21,551 bases of DNA from Candidatus Heimdallarchaeota archaeon. GTDB lineage: Archaea > Asgardarchaeota > Heimdallarchaeia > JABLTI01. Each line of letters begins with the position of its first letter. Position 1 is the first letter of the stretch. Where the stretch lies: assembly GCA_019058275.1 (NCBI GenBank), contig JAHLVW010000023.1, positions 1 through 21,551 on the forward strand. Direction: 5' to 3'. The translations under genes were made by a program, and so were the position numbers. The notes below the pieces were generated by a model that saw only the letters and a program-made list of their open reading frames with translations, made no database searches and was not told where the DNA came from. Shown here piece by piece: positions 1-9,112 of this stretch.

Positions 1-741
1 GAGAAACAAGATGAAGCTGTGTATGAAGCTGAATATTTCAAACCGGATTATCATTACTATTCAATCGATGAAAGCGGACAGGTATTTACAACAAAACCTT
101 CACAAAGAAAATACCAAGACAGATTGGTTTTCTCATTGTTAGGTGATTACTTTTCAGTTGGCAGAGAGATTTTTGATTTCTTGATAGGTTTGCTTATTGT
201 AATAATTTCCTTTAGTTTTACTTCTATCTGGATGACAAGGCTCCCTTGGAGTTATTTTGGTTTTATAGTAGCTGTTATTATGCTAATCTATACAACTTTA
301 ATTTATCCACAAAAATTGGTTGCTAAGAAGTTTGGTTACCAATCTAGGTATGTATTATCAAAAATTGGCATGATACTAACACTACTCACTAGTATATCAC
401 CTTTCAAAATTCTTAATCCTGGTATGCTTTTAATTCCGGATGTTGCATTTATGGGTAAAAAAGAAAAAGGACTAACTTATTCCACAGGGATTATTTTGAA
501 TTTGCTATATGGATCGGCATTTATTCTTTTGGGTTGGCTACTAACAAATCAAACAATTGCTTTATTTTTCACAAATGGTGCATTTCTAGTTTCACAATTA
601 CTAATTTTCAGTCTTATCCCCATTAGAATGTCAGCTGGTAGACAGATATTAAGATGGCATTGGACAATATACACTATACTTGCTTTAATTACAATTGCAT
701 TATTCGTTGGATCTATACTGCTTGGGGTTTTATCTTTCTAG
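1..741 (+). CDS. 5'-truncated site-2-protease (M50)-like integral membrane protein with degenerate catalytic motifs
   Basis: The frame is open from base 1 (EKQDEAVYEAEY...), so the true start is outside the window. It has several hydrophobic segments and the layout of small archaeal M50 proteins (E..D.LI; K.VA.K.GY...Y; G..L.L.S; NPG; E.G....G...N; F.LIP....G..I.RW). HExxH is replaced by LIYPQ and NxxPxxxxDG by SLIPIRMSAG. Confidence 0.7.
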   Translation, partial: EKQDEAVYEAEYFKPDYHYYSIDESGQVFTTKPSQRKYQDRLVFSLLGDYFSVGREIFDFLIGLLIVIISFSFTSIWMTRLPWSYFGFIVAVIMLIYTTLIYPQKLVAKKFGYQSRYVLSKIGMILTLLTSISPFKILNPGMLLIPDVAFMGKKEKGLTYSTGIILNLLYGSAFILLGWLLTNQTIALFFTNGAFLVSQLLIFSLIPIRMSAGRQILRWHWTIYTILALITIALFVGSILLGVLSF

Positions 742-745
742 TTAT

Positions 746-3547
746 TTATTGCTTCAATATAATTGCTATATTCTGTTTTGTAAATCTCACCAAAGATGGA
801 ATTGTTGTCAATACTGAGATTATTAATAAGGATACAAGAAATATAGGAATGCCTATGTAATCAAATGCAAAATAATAAGGTAAAATATTGTGTGTTGTAA
901 AGATTGCTCTGTTGAATTTAATACTATAAAGGGAAAATGGTATTCCAATTACTAAAGCTAACACAAATGAGAAAATGATTATCACCATTAATTCTGAAAT
1001 AATCATTTGCATTAAATTCGCATTTGGATTACCTAATGAATTTAATATAGCATTAGTTTGATCTCTTTGTTTTATAACATACTCAATATTTGTTGCAATA
1101 ATTACTAAACTGATTATATTCATAATAATAATTTGAATTAAAAGAAATGTTTGGACACTGGGAATATAGTACCCAATATACTTCCCAATGTATTGGTAAT
1201 TTATCATTTCAGGATTTACTACAATGACATTATCTAAAGCTTCAATTTCCTGAATTATCAATTCAACAGTATAGTCATCTTCCACTCTTGCAAAGAAAAG
1301 ATTTGTAACCTCAACAGCAAACTCTCTAGATAATGTTCTTTGATTCACAATAACAAACTCAGAATTTGGCTGATTTAATTCAATGTTGCGACCATCAGCT
1401 AAGCCAAATCCCGGAGCAGAATGAATTATACCTGTTATATTGAATGACTGATAAGTGGTTGTATTTGGTAAACCTCGAATAATAATTCGATCACCTATTG
1501 TTCGATTATTTACTATCGCTGTTACATCGCTTATTATAATTCCTCTATCATTTTGATTTAATGCATATAACATTTGATTAATTTCACTTTGATTTGAATA
1601 GAAACTATCCCAGCGACCTATCCTTGAATAAGCTATAGGGTCCACTCCATAAACGGTTACTCCATAAACTAGTAAAGCATCAACCCTCAAAACTGGCATG
1701 GCTTCTTTTATGCCAACAATCTGTGAAATATTTTGAGCATAATCCATTTCTACATAAGAAGTCTGGATTCTGAAATCAGAACCATTATTATAATATTGTT
1801 CAGCTTTTTGGTTACTATTGATTGTTGTATAAATGTTTAATGAAAAAACATTGATGCTTGCAACTAAAAGGAAGACAATTAGTATTGAGGTTAATTTATG
1901 TTCAGAACGTTTTAATGAATTGGAAATAAAGAATGAGTTCTTTTGAAATAATTTGCGATAAACTCTCTTTAAGTTACCAATAATCTTGTCTAAGAACAAT
2001 GTTAGTATGGTTGCTAATGTCATTATTAATAAAATCAAAAGAAGAAAAATTAACATGCTTCTTTTTGATTGATCTAATGTAAAATTATAGCTATCATGCG
2101 TATTTCGATTTGATTGTATTGTAGTGTAAATTAGTAGTGTAGCAATTAAAACAAATAAACCACCTACAAGGATTGAAATAACAATATTCAATATTCTTTT
2201 TCTGAGCATGATTTGTCTTTCCTCTAGATCATTTGTTAAAACGCTCAATATTTTTAGTATGCCAAATATGTTTGTTATAAACAAAGTACCTAATGCTACA
2301 TAAAATGTAAATGAATATGGAAAAATGACTTCTAAGATAAACTGTCCAAAAACAGCTCCAGAAAAAGAACCAGAGGCAATTGCCGGTATAAATGAAGCAA
2401 CAATGAATGCCAAAAATATCGATACAGTTAATCCTATAAGAGTTAAAATAAGGAATTCTAGAAGTATAATACTAATAATTTGCCATTTTTGCCCTCCACG
2501 ATCCTTTATAGTATGAATTTCACTCTTTCTATTCTCTATTATAATGTTTATTGTAAATATAGTAAGTATTACACTTATAGTTGCAACTGGAACAACAAAG
2601 ATAATAGAATTTTGAGCCAAACTATATGAATGCTGCAATTCAAGTACGGGAGCTTCCAAAATTATACTAAATGAAGTTGGAAAAGCTAATTCCATTCTAT
2701 CTGCCAAGTTCTTTATTTTATTCAAGATTTCTCCGATGCCATCTTTTTTTGTTTCATAGATGTTGGTTTTGATCATTAAAGCACGCTGAATACCATTTGC
2801 TTCCATTATATTAATATGAACATCCTCTACATTCTCCCTCAAAAAGATTACAGAATCACGTAAGAAGCTTGCTGAAAATGTTTTCTGTAACATAGATATT
2901 GCAGGAATAGATCGATAAATACCCTTGACAGTCACATTAAAATAATGTTCAAGCTGAAAATGCTGGATAAGAACATTTCCTAATTCTGGACTTCTTTTTG
3001 CTACACTTAAATTGATTGCCATTCCAGGTTCAATAGAATATCCATAAACACTTTCAAGCTCTAGTGCTTCATACTCACTGATTAAAACCTCATTTAATTG
3101 CAGATCAAAAGATCCACGGACAGAGAATTGTGATTCTATTCTTTCTAAAGAGGATTTAGGCCAAAGACCTAAAGCAGTAACCGAAATGGGATCATTCATA
3201 TCTTCTTGCTGGTCTTCTGGTGACCAACGATAATTTGGTGCTTTGTCCTCTGCATTAAAACAAGCCAAACTATAATATAATTCATGTATATCTTGCACAA
3301 CAGGATCAGTACTTAACCATTCAATCATTGCTGGAATTTCAACTGGTTGAATGCTAGTAAATTTTATTTCATAATCTTGATTAGTTAAAAAATCTTGAGC
3401 TGCTAAATCTTCAGCTGTAGAAGACCAAAGTCTTATTGACACAAGTAGTGTCACAGCAACAACAATTCCTAAAGTATACAAAGTGGACTGTTTCTTACCA
3501 TATCGAATATTTTTCAAAGCTGATTTGAAGTAGAAATTGAAACCCAT
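746..3547 (-). CDS. FtsX/MacB-like ABC transporter permease (two-repeat type)
   Basis: 933 aa made of two repeats, each a TM helix, a large extracytoplasmic domain and a TM bundle. FtsX signatures ENRKSEIHTIKDRGG...ILLE and QRDQTNAILNSLG...ISE are present. Confidence 0.85.
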   Translation of the reverse strand: MGFNFYFKSALKNIRYGKKQSTLYTLGIVVAVTLLVSIRLWSSTAEDLAAQDFLTNQDYEIKFTSIQPVEIPAMIEWLSTDPVVQDIHELYYSLACFNAEDKAPNYRWSPEDQQEDMNDPISVTALGLWPKSSLERIESQFSVRGSFDLQLNEVLISEYEALELESVYGYSIEPGMAINLSVAKRSPELGNVLIQHFQLEHYFNVTVKGIYRSIPAISMLQKTFSASFLRDSVIFLRENVEDVHINIMEANGIQRALMIKTNIYETKKDGIGEILNKIKNLADRMELAFPTSFSIILEAPVLELQHSYSLAQNSIIFVVPVATISVILTIFTINIIIENRKSEIHTIKDRGGQKWQIISIILLEFLILTLIGLTVSIFLAFIVASFIPAIASGSFSGAVFGQFILEVIFPYSFTFYVALGTLFITNIFGILKILSVLTNDLEERQIMLRKRILNIVISILVGGLFVLIATLLIYTTIQSNRNTHDSYNFTLDQSKRSMLIFLLLILLIMTLATILTLFLDKIIGNLKRVYRKLFQKNSFFISNSLKRSEHKLTSILIVFLLVASINVFSLNIYTTINSNQKAEQYYNNGSDFRIQTSYVEMDYAQNISQIVGIKEAMPVLRVDALLVYGVTVYGVDPIAYSRIGRWDSFYSNQSEINQMLYALNQNDRGIIISDVTAIVNNRTIGDRIIIRGLPNTTTYQSFNITGIIHSAPGFGLADGRNIELNQPNSEFVIVNQRTLSREFAVEVTNLFFARVEDDYTVELIIQEIEALDNVIVVNPEMINYQYIGKYIGYYIPSVQTFLLIQIIIMNIISLVIIATNIEYVIKQRDQTNAILNSLGNPNANLMQMIISELMVIIIFSFVLALVIGIPFSLYSIKFNRAIFTTHNILPYYFAFDYIGIPIFLVSLLIISVLTTIPSLVRFTKQNIAIILKQ

Positions 3548-3685
3548 TTAGACCACTTTATCTTATTAGGAATTCCTTAAAAACAATATTCAGTTTAGTT
3601 TAAAAAACTAGTAATAAGTCTCAGTAAATCAAAACTAGATTTATTCTAATATTTTTTAAGCATTTATTGCCTTATTTTTTAAATC

Positions 3686-3714
3686 ATATCTTAAATTAAC
3701 TTGAAATAAGATAT
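3686..3714. promoter_or_regulatory. 8-bp inverted repeat, possible operator upstream of the heavy-metal ATPase
   Basis: ATATCTTA (3686-3693), a 13-nt spacer, then TAAGATAT (3707-3714), ending 40 nt before the ATPase start in a divergent intergenic region. The context is AT-rich, so chance occurrence is possible. Confidence 0.2.
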
Positions 3715-3754
3715 ATTCATTTGGAGATAAACTAGAGCAAAAAGGTAAGCTTTA

Positions 3755-5983
3755 ATGACTAACCAGAAATTAACTTTGAAAATCATTGGCATTGACTGTG
3801 CAGGTTGTGCAAAAAATTTTGAAAAAAAACTTCTTGCTTTAAATGGAATGCTAGATGCTCGAGTAAATATTATCTTTAAACGACTCTATCTTGAATTCGA
3901 TCCAGGAAAACTTGAATTTACTAAAATAGAGGATTTTGTTAAGAAATCAGGTTATTCAGTTTATGAAGAAATTGAGGATGAATCCACAGGTAAAATATCG
4001 GACAGGAAACACAAGCAATCTATTTTACGACTCTTAACAAAGAAAAAATCCTTTTACACAACAATTGTTGCTGGTTTATTATTGTTAATTGGAGGTCTTC
4101 TCGAATTTGTTATTCCTTTAAATCTTCCTGAACGAACGAAGAATATTCCTGCACGAGTAATTTTAATTATCGCAATGTTAATTGGTGGAATATTCATTTT
4201 TAGAAAAGCTTTCTATTCAATTAGAAATTTGAACATTGACATCAATATATTAATGTCTGTTGCAGCTATTGCTGCAATAATTATCGGAGAAGATATTGAA
4301 GCAGCAAGCATAGTTTTTCTGTTTTCAATTGCAGAGATTGCTGAGGAAATTAGTATTGAAAGTGCAAGAAACTCAATAGAGAGGTTAATTGATTATGCTC
4401 CTTCAACATCAACTATTCTTACATCCGATGGAGAGCAGATAGTACAAGCTGATGAAGTAGAACCTAGGACAAAAATAATTGTTAAATCCGGAGATAGAAT
4501 TCCTCTTGATGGTATTGTAGTTTCAGGAAAATCCTATGTTAATCAGGCACCAATAACAGGAGAATCTTGGCCTGCACTAAAAACGAAAGATAGCACTGTA
4601 TATGCTGGTACCTTATGCGAGGATGGTACATTAACAATTGAAACTACAAAACGATATGAAGACATTTTCTTGAAAAAAATTGTTGAGCTTGTAGAAAATT
4701 CTGATCAACGCGCACCTATTGATCGCTATATCGACACTTTTGCTAAATATTATACTCCAATAATGTTTCTGATAGCTTCACTAACTCTACTTATTCCTCC
4801 ACTAGTAATTCCTGAAGCAATATTCCTTGATTGGGTAAAGATCTCTTTAGTAATTCTTGTGATATCTTGTCCTTGTGCAGTTGTTTTATCAACCCCTATT
4901 GCAATTGTTACTGCTATTAGTAAATCTGCTAGAAATGGTGTTTTGATAAAAGGTGGGTCTTATCTTGAAATTCTGAGTAAAACTGATGTTTATGCATTTG
5001 ACAAAACTGGAACCTTAACCATTGGTCATCCAGAAGTTGTTGACATAATAACAAATGAATCAGTAAAAAGAGATGAGCTGCTCAAAATTTGTGGGTCATT
5101 AGAGATGAATTCAAAACATCCAATTGCTAAAGCAATTAGAGAGAAAATGCTAGAAGAAAACATTAAACCATATGATGTAAGTAATTTCAAAACTATTGCT
5201 GGGATGGGTATAAAAGGAGATATAAACGGACAAACATGGGTAGCAGGTAATTACAGATTAATACAGGAAAATGAACTAAAAGTAAACAGTGAGTTAGCTG
5301 CTGAAATAGCAATAAAGCAACAAGAACGGAAATCAATTGTGATAATTAGTAATAGCAAAGAGGTTTTCGGAATAATATCAGTTTGGGATCAATTAAAACC
5401 ACATGCAAAAGGCTTGGTTGTAGAGTTAAGGGAATTAGGAATAAAGAAATCAATAATGTTAACAGGAGATAATTCAAAAACAGCAGCAGAGATTGCTAGA
5501 GAATTAACAATTGATGATTACTATGCTGAATTATTGCCTGATCAAAAAATGGATCTTATTGATAATTTGTATGCAGATTATGGTCATATAGCAATGATAG
5601 GTGACGGAATTAATGATGCTCCTGCATTAGCTCATGCAAATGTAGGCATTGCAATGGGAGCTTCAGGATCTGATATCGCTTTAGAATCAGCTGATATTGC
5701 ACTTATGACTGATAGCTTTGAGTCTCTTCATTATCTTATAACTATTAGTCGTAAAGTAATGAGAATCATAAAAGAAAATATCACAATAGCTATTATTATC
5801 AAGTTAATTCTATTCGTTCTATCTTATCTAGGTTTAATCGATTTATGGATGGCTGTTCTAATAGGTGATATGGGCGTTTCACTTTTTGTTATTTTTAATT
5901 CAATTCTAAGAGTGAAGGGTAAAAAAATGACCCATACTTATTGTGATGATGCTGTATGTGATACTATGAATGGAACTACCTAG
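3755..5983 (+). CDS. cadA: Heavy-metal translocating P1B-type ATPase (Zn/Cd/Pb, CadA/ZntA-like)
   Basis: N-terminal HMA domain GIDCAGC, TGES, TM motif SCPC, DKTGTLT, HP (SKHP), MLTGD and GDGINDAPALA. A Lys in the penultimate TM (IKLILF) and DxG in the last TM (GDMG) are typical of P1B-2. Confidence 0.93.
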   Translation: MTNQKLTLKIIGIDCAGCAKNFEKKLLALNGMLDARVNIIFKRLYLEFDPGKLEFTKIEDFVKKSGYSVYEEIEDESTGKISDRKHKQSILRLLTKKKSFYTTIVAGLLLLIGGLLEFVIPLNLPERTKNIPARVILIIAMLIGGIFIFRKAFYSIRNLNIDINILMSVAAIAAIIIGEDIEAASIVFLFSIAEIAEEISIESARNSIERLIDYAPSTSTILTSDGEQIVQADEVEPRTKIIVKSGDRIPLDGIVVSGKSYVNQAPITGESWPALKTKDSTVYAGTLCEDGTLTIETTKRYEDIFLKKIVELVENSDQRAPIDRYIDTFAKYYTPIMFLIASLTLLIPPLVIPEAIFLDWVKISLVILVISCPCAVVLSTPIAIVTAISKSARNGVLIKGGSYLEILSKTDVYAFDKTGTLTIGHPEVVDIITNESVKRDELLKICGSLEMNSKHPIAKAIREKMLEENIKPYDVSNFKTIAGMGIKGDINGQTWVAGNYRLIQENELKVNSELAAEIAIKQQERKSIVIISNSKEVFGIISVWDQLKPHAKGLVVELRELGIKKSIMLTGDNSKTAAEIARELTIDDYYAELLPDQKMDLIDNLYADYGHIAMIGDGINDAPALAHANVGIAMGASGSDIALESADIALMTDSFESLHYLITISRKVMRIIKENITIAIIIKLILFVLSYLGLIDLWMAVLIGDMGVSLFVIFNSILRVKGKKMTHTYCDDAVCDTMNGTT

Positions 5984-6114
5984 CAGAAGTAATTTTCTGG
6001 AAAGAGACTTTTTGATGTCACAATGAAATCGGTTAAAAAGACAATCAATATATTTATACATATGTTCAAAGAACCTCAGATACAGTAAACGCAAAACTTT
6101 GGTGAAGAAACAAG

Positions 6115-6732
6115 ATGGCTCAGAGCTTAAAAAGATCTGATTCAATTGCATACATAGTCACACAATGGTATAATTCTGTAAATGAAACTCATAGTCAATA
6201 TCTCGAGTATTTAAGTTCAATTTTAACAACCAATTTGAAAGATATTCTATTGCCTGCAATTGAACTACAGAAATCATTAGGGAAACCCAAATCAAGAGAC
6301 ATTATTGCCAAAAAAGAGCATCTTGTTGAATCAATAACCCAAATAGAAATTGAACTTATGGAGTTAATCGTATTTTTGTTTAGATATTTGAAATTAATTG
6401 AAACTATTAATGATTACGAATTAGACCTTAAATCAACTGAGAGATTAGTTGAGCTTGTGAATGTTGATATAACGATTTTGGAATATATACAAATATCTTA
6501 CAAGAATATTGCTAAATCATCAAATATCGTTTTCAAATCGAATATTAGTACAAATAAAAAATTCGAAGAAAATTTTGATAATTATGCTAAAGTTTATTCA
6601 AGAGTTATTAGAAAATTTGTTAGAGAAACTAAAGAGAATTCCGAGCAAATACAGCTTCTATTTTCACAAATGAAAAATGAAGTTGATCAAATAATACAGC
6701 AGGAAATTGAAAAAGAAGAAGTTGTTAAATGA
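6115..6732 (+). CDS. Hypothetical all-alpha/coiled-coil protein
   Basis: 205-aa ORF with long amphipathic helical stretches and no recognised motif; ends just upstream of nnr. Confidence 0.7.
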   Translation: MAQSLKRSDSIAYIVTQWYNSVNETHSQYLEYLSSILTTNLKDILLPAIELQKSLGKPKSRDIIAKKEHLVESITQIEIELMELIVFLFRYLKLIETINDYELDLKSTERLVELVNVDITILEYIQISYKNIAKSSNIVFKSNISTNKKFEENFDNYAKVYSRVIRKFVRETKENSEQIQLLFSQMKNEVDQIIQQEIEKEEVVK

Positions 6733-6742
6733 ATTTTAGCTC

Positions 6743-8254
6743 ATGAGTTGGTTATTAATGGTGATAACTGCTGAAGAGGTACGAATTATTGATAGTAATT
6801 GTGTAGAATTGGGAATGTCAGTTTTGCAATTAATGGAAAATGCCGGAGCAGCTGCAACAAAAATAACTGTAGAGAGTTTTCCAAAAGCAAGAACTGTTGC
6901 TCTCTGTTGTGGGACAGGCAATAATGGTGGAGATGGTTTTGTAGTAGCGAGACATTTAACTCATCATAACAAAAAAGTAAAGCTATTATTGGTTGGGCAA
7001 GAAACTAAGATTCATTCTAAAGTAGCTACACAGAATTTTCGAATCTTGAAAGAGATGGAGCAAACAATAGAAATTAGCACAATAAATGACTCATCTAAGA
7101 TTTCTTTTCTTAAGAAAGAATTAGTGGAAGTTGATCTAATAGTAGATGCATTATTGGGAATTGGTATCACAAGCGAGCCATATGAACCAATTAAAAGTGC
7201 TATAAAAACCATCAATAATTCAGGTAAAAGCATTATAAGTATAGATATACCGTCTGGCATGTGGTCAGATTTAGCTAAAAAACCAAAACTTATGATAAAG
7301 GCTGATAAGATTGTTACTTTCCATGATACAAAACCTTGTTTAACTATAGAGGAACTCAAAGAAAAAACAGTTATTGTTGGAATTGGAGTACCACCCGAGG
7401 CTGAATTCTTTGCAGGAAAAGGTGATCTAAAATATGCTATTCCAAGAAGAAAATCAGATTCACATAAAGGTCAAAACGGCACTGTGTTAGTTGTTGGTGG
7501 TAGTCTCAAATATTCTGGTGCTCCAGTACTGGCATCAAAAGCAGCATTACGAACAGGTGCTGATTTAGTAATCACTTGTATACCTAAGAGCATTTCAAAT
7601 GCAGTTAGGTCTGATTCTCCAAATATGATTGTTCAATCATTTGATGGAGATTATTTTACTCCTGAATCAATACCAGAAATTTTGGAATTGTTTAAAAAAT
7701 TTGATTCAATGGTATTGGGTCCTGGTATAAGTGAAAACAAAAAATCACTTGAATTTGTAGAAAACCTTCTTCTAAAGATTCCTAAGAATAAACCCATAAT
7801 TGTTGATGCTGATGCTTTAAAAATAATGAAAAGTAACCTTAAGGATTTACAAGAAAAGAAGCTAATTATTACACCACATTCAGGTGAATTTAAAATCATA
7901 TTTGACAAAGCTCCTAATGAAGATTGGTCCGAAAGAGCTAAATTTGTAACAAATACTGCTAAAGAGAACAAAACTACTATCCTCCTAAAAGGAAAGTATG
8001 ATATAATAAGTGATGGAGAGAATACCAAAATCAATAGAACTGGTCATGTTGGAATGACTGTGGGCGGAACAGGAGATGTTTTAGCTGGAATCCTTGGTGC
8101 AATCTGTGCTGTTAATGAGAACCTATTCAGATCATCTTGTGCAGCATCTTACCTTGCCGGAAAAGCTGGAGAATTAGCTGCTGAGGATTTTGGTAATAGT
8201 TTGTTAGCTACCGATGTTATAGAAAAAATACCTGAAATTTTATTGCAATTATAG
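6743..8254 (+). CDS. nnr: Bifunctional NAD(P)H-hydrate epimerase/dehydratase (YjeF-N + YjeF-C)
   Basis: LMENAG, CGTGNNGGDG, IVDALLG, SIDIPSG, R..DSHKG.NG, GGS..YSGA, GPG, VDADAL, ITPH.GEF, LLKG and GGTGDVLAG. The true start may be the ATG at 6758. Confidence 0.95.
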   Translation: MSWLLMVITAEEVRIIDSNCVELGMSVLQLMENAGAAATKITVESFPKARTVALCCGTGNNGGDGFVVARHLTHHNKKVKLLLVGQETKIHSKVATQNFRILKEMEQTIEISTINDSSKISFLKKELVEVDLIVDALLGIGITSEPYEPIKSAIKTINNSGKSIISIDIPSGMWSDLAKKPKLMIKADKIVTFHDTKPCLTIEELKEKTVIVGIGVPPEAEFFAGKGDLKYAIPRRKSDSHKGQNGTVLVVGGSLKYSGAPVLASKAALRTGADLVITCIPKSISNAVRSDSPNMIVQSFDGDYFTPESIPEILELFKKFDSMVLGPGISENKKSLEFVENLLLKIPKNKPIIVDADALKIMKSNLKDLQEKKLIITPHSGEFKIIFDKAPNEDWSERAKFVTNTAKENKTTILLKGKYDIISDGENTKINRTGHVGMTVGGTGDVLAGILGAICAVNENLFRSSCAASYLAGKAGELAAEDFGNSLLATDVIEKIPEILLQL

Positions 8255-8255
8255 T

Positions 8256-8290
8256 TAAAAAAGAGAAATGGAAGAGTATCTTAAAGATAC
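8256..8290 (-). terminator. Putative terminator between convergent genes (short hairpin plus pyrimidine/U tract on the minus strand)
   Basis: GTATCT-TAA-AGATAC (8276-8290), followed on the minus strand by TCTTCCATTTCTCTTTTTT, just after the stop at 8294. Confidence 0.35.
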
Positions 8291-8293
8291 AAT

Positions 8294-9040
8294 TCAGCTC
8301 CAATTTCGAGGATAAGGTATTGAATCAATAAACTCAAGAAAGAGATCAACTGTGTTTTCAATTTGTTCCTCTTCATATTCAAAGATAGACTCAAATTGCA
8401 TGCCTACATCTTTAATTTCTTCTCGTAAAGATAACCACAAAGTATTGTTTCTTGTTTTAGCTAAAAGTCTCAAAACATTCTCATTAGAAAGTAATTTTGT
8501 TGCCATTTTAACATTATTTGTTTTAATAATGAAAAATTCTTCTAGGAAACCAGTTGTAGGTATTGCTTTTAGTTCCATGAAATATTCTTGATCACCTTTC
8601 AGAACTTTCTTTCTTTTCTTAGATAAGATCTCAAGAGAAAAAGGTGGTCTTCTTCTGAGATTTGCTGAGAGTGTATATTTATCTTTACTTTTCTTTATCT
8701 TATCCCAAATAAATGCGATAAAGAAAGGTCTGCCCAATGGAATTCCAAGAACAACTAAGGACCTCATTGGTGCATCTTTTGTTGGGCGTGCTACTAATTG
8801 ATAACGTTCCTTCTCCTGTGTAACCTTCTCAAAAGATTCACAAATATCATTTAGTGGTACAGCGATTTTTGATAGCATTTCAAGAGCAAATTGCTTATTT
8901 TTCTTTTTACCAATTAGATAACTTGCCAAATATGCTCCTAGGATTAGAATTGAAGGAGATAATGCTATCACATATTGGGACCATTCAGCCATTGCTTTCC
9001 ACGAGGTTAATCTTGTGTAATATCTATTTAAATTTATCAT
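8294..9040 (-). CDS. CCDC47 / DUF1682 (PAT complex subunit)-like single-pass membrane protein
   Basis: One N-terminal TM followed by AYLASYLIGKKKNKQFA, resembling human CCDC47 AYIMNYIIGKNKNSRLA as I recall it. A colinear alpha/beta domain follows (LGRPFFIAFI...SKD; LEEFFIIKTN; VLRLL...TLWLSLRE; LFLEFID). The likely start is the ATG at 8992 (MAEWSQ). Confidence 0.65.
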   Translation of the reverse strand: MINLNRYYTRLTSWKAMAEWSQYVIALSPSILILGAYLASYLIGKKKNKQFALEMLSKIAVPLNDICESFEKVTQEKERYQLVARPTKDAPMRSLVVLGIPLGRPFFIAFIWDKIKKSKDKYTLSANLRRRPPFSLEILSKKRKKVLKGDQEYFMELKAIPTTGFLEEFFIIKTNNVKMATKLLSNENVLRLLAKTRNNTLWLSLREEIKDVGMQFESIFEYEEEQIENTVDLFLEFIDSIPYPRNWS

Positions 9041-9112
9041 TATACTTCTAAATAGAAGAAAATTAGAATTAAGAATTAAAAATATGAAAATTAAAAATAA
9101 GAAAAATTTGAG

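Noticed and set aside
654-2516. Short ORFs 654-860 and 2325-2516
   Set aside because: They overlap or lie antisense to well-supported long genes and have no motifs; shadow ORFs.
5906-9051. Short ORFs 5906-6151, 6736-6921, 7012-7359, 7651-8034, 8352-8591 and 8854-9051
   Set aside because: Antisense shadows of cadA, nnr or the CCDC47-like gene, with no independent coding signal.
9055-9110. AATTA(G/A)AA quasi-tandem repeats
   Set aside because: Low-complexity A-rich spacer, more simply a minus-strand U-rich terminator; not a CRISPR or iteron array.
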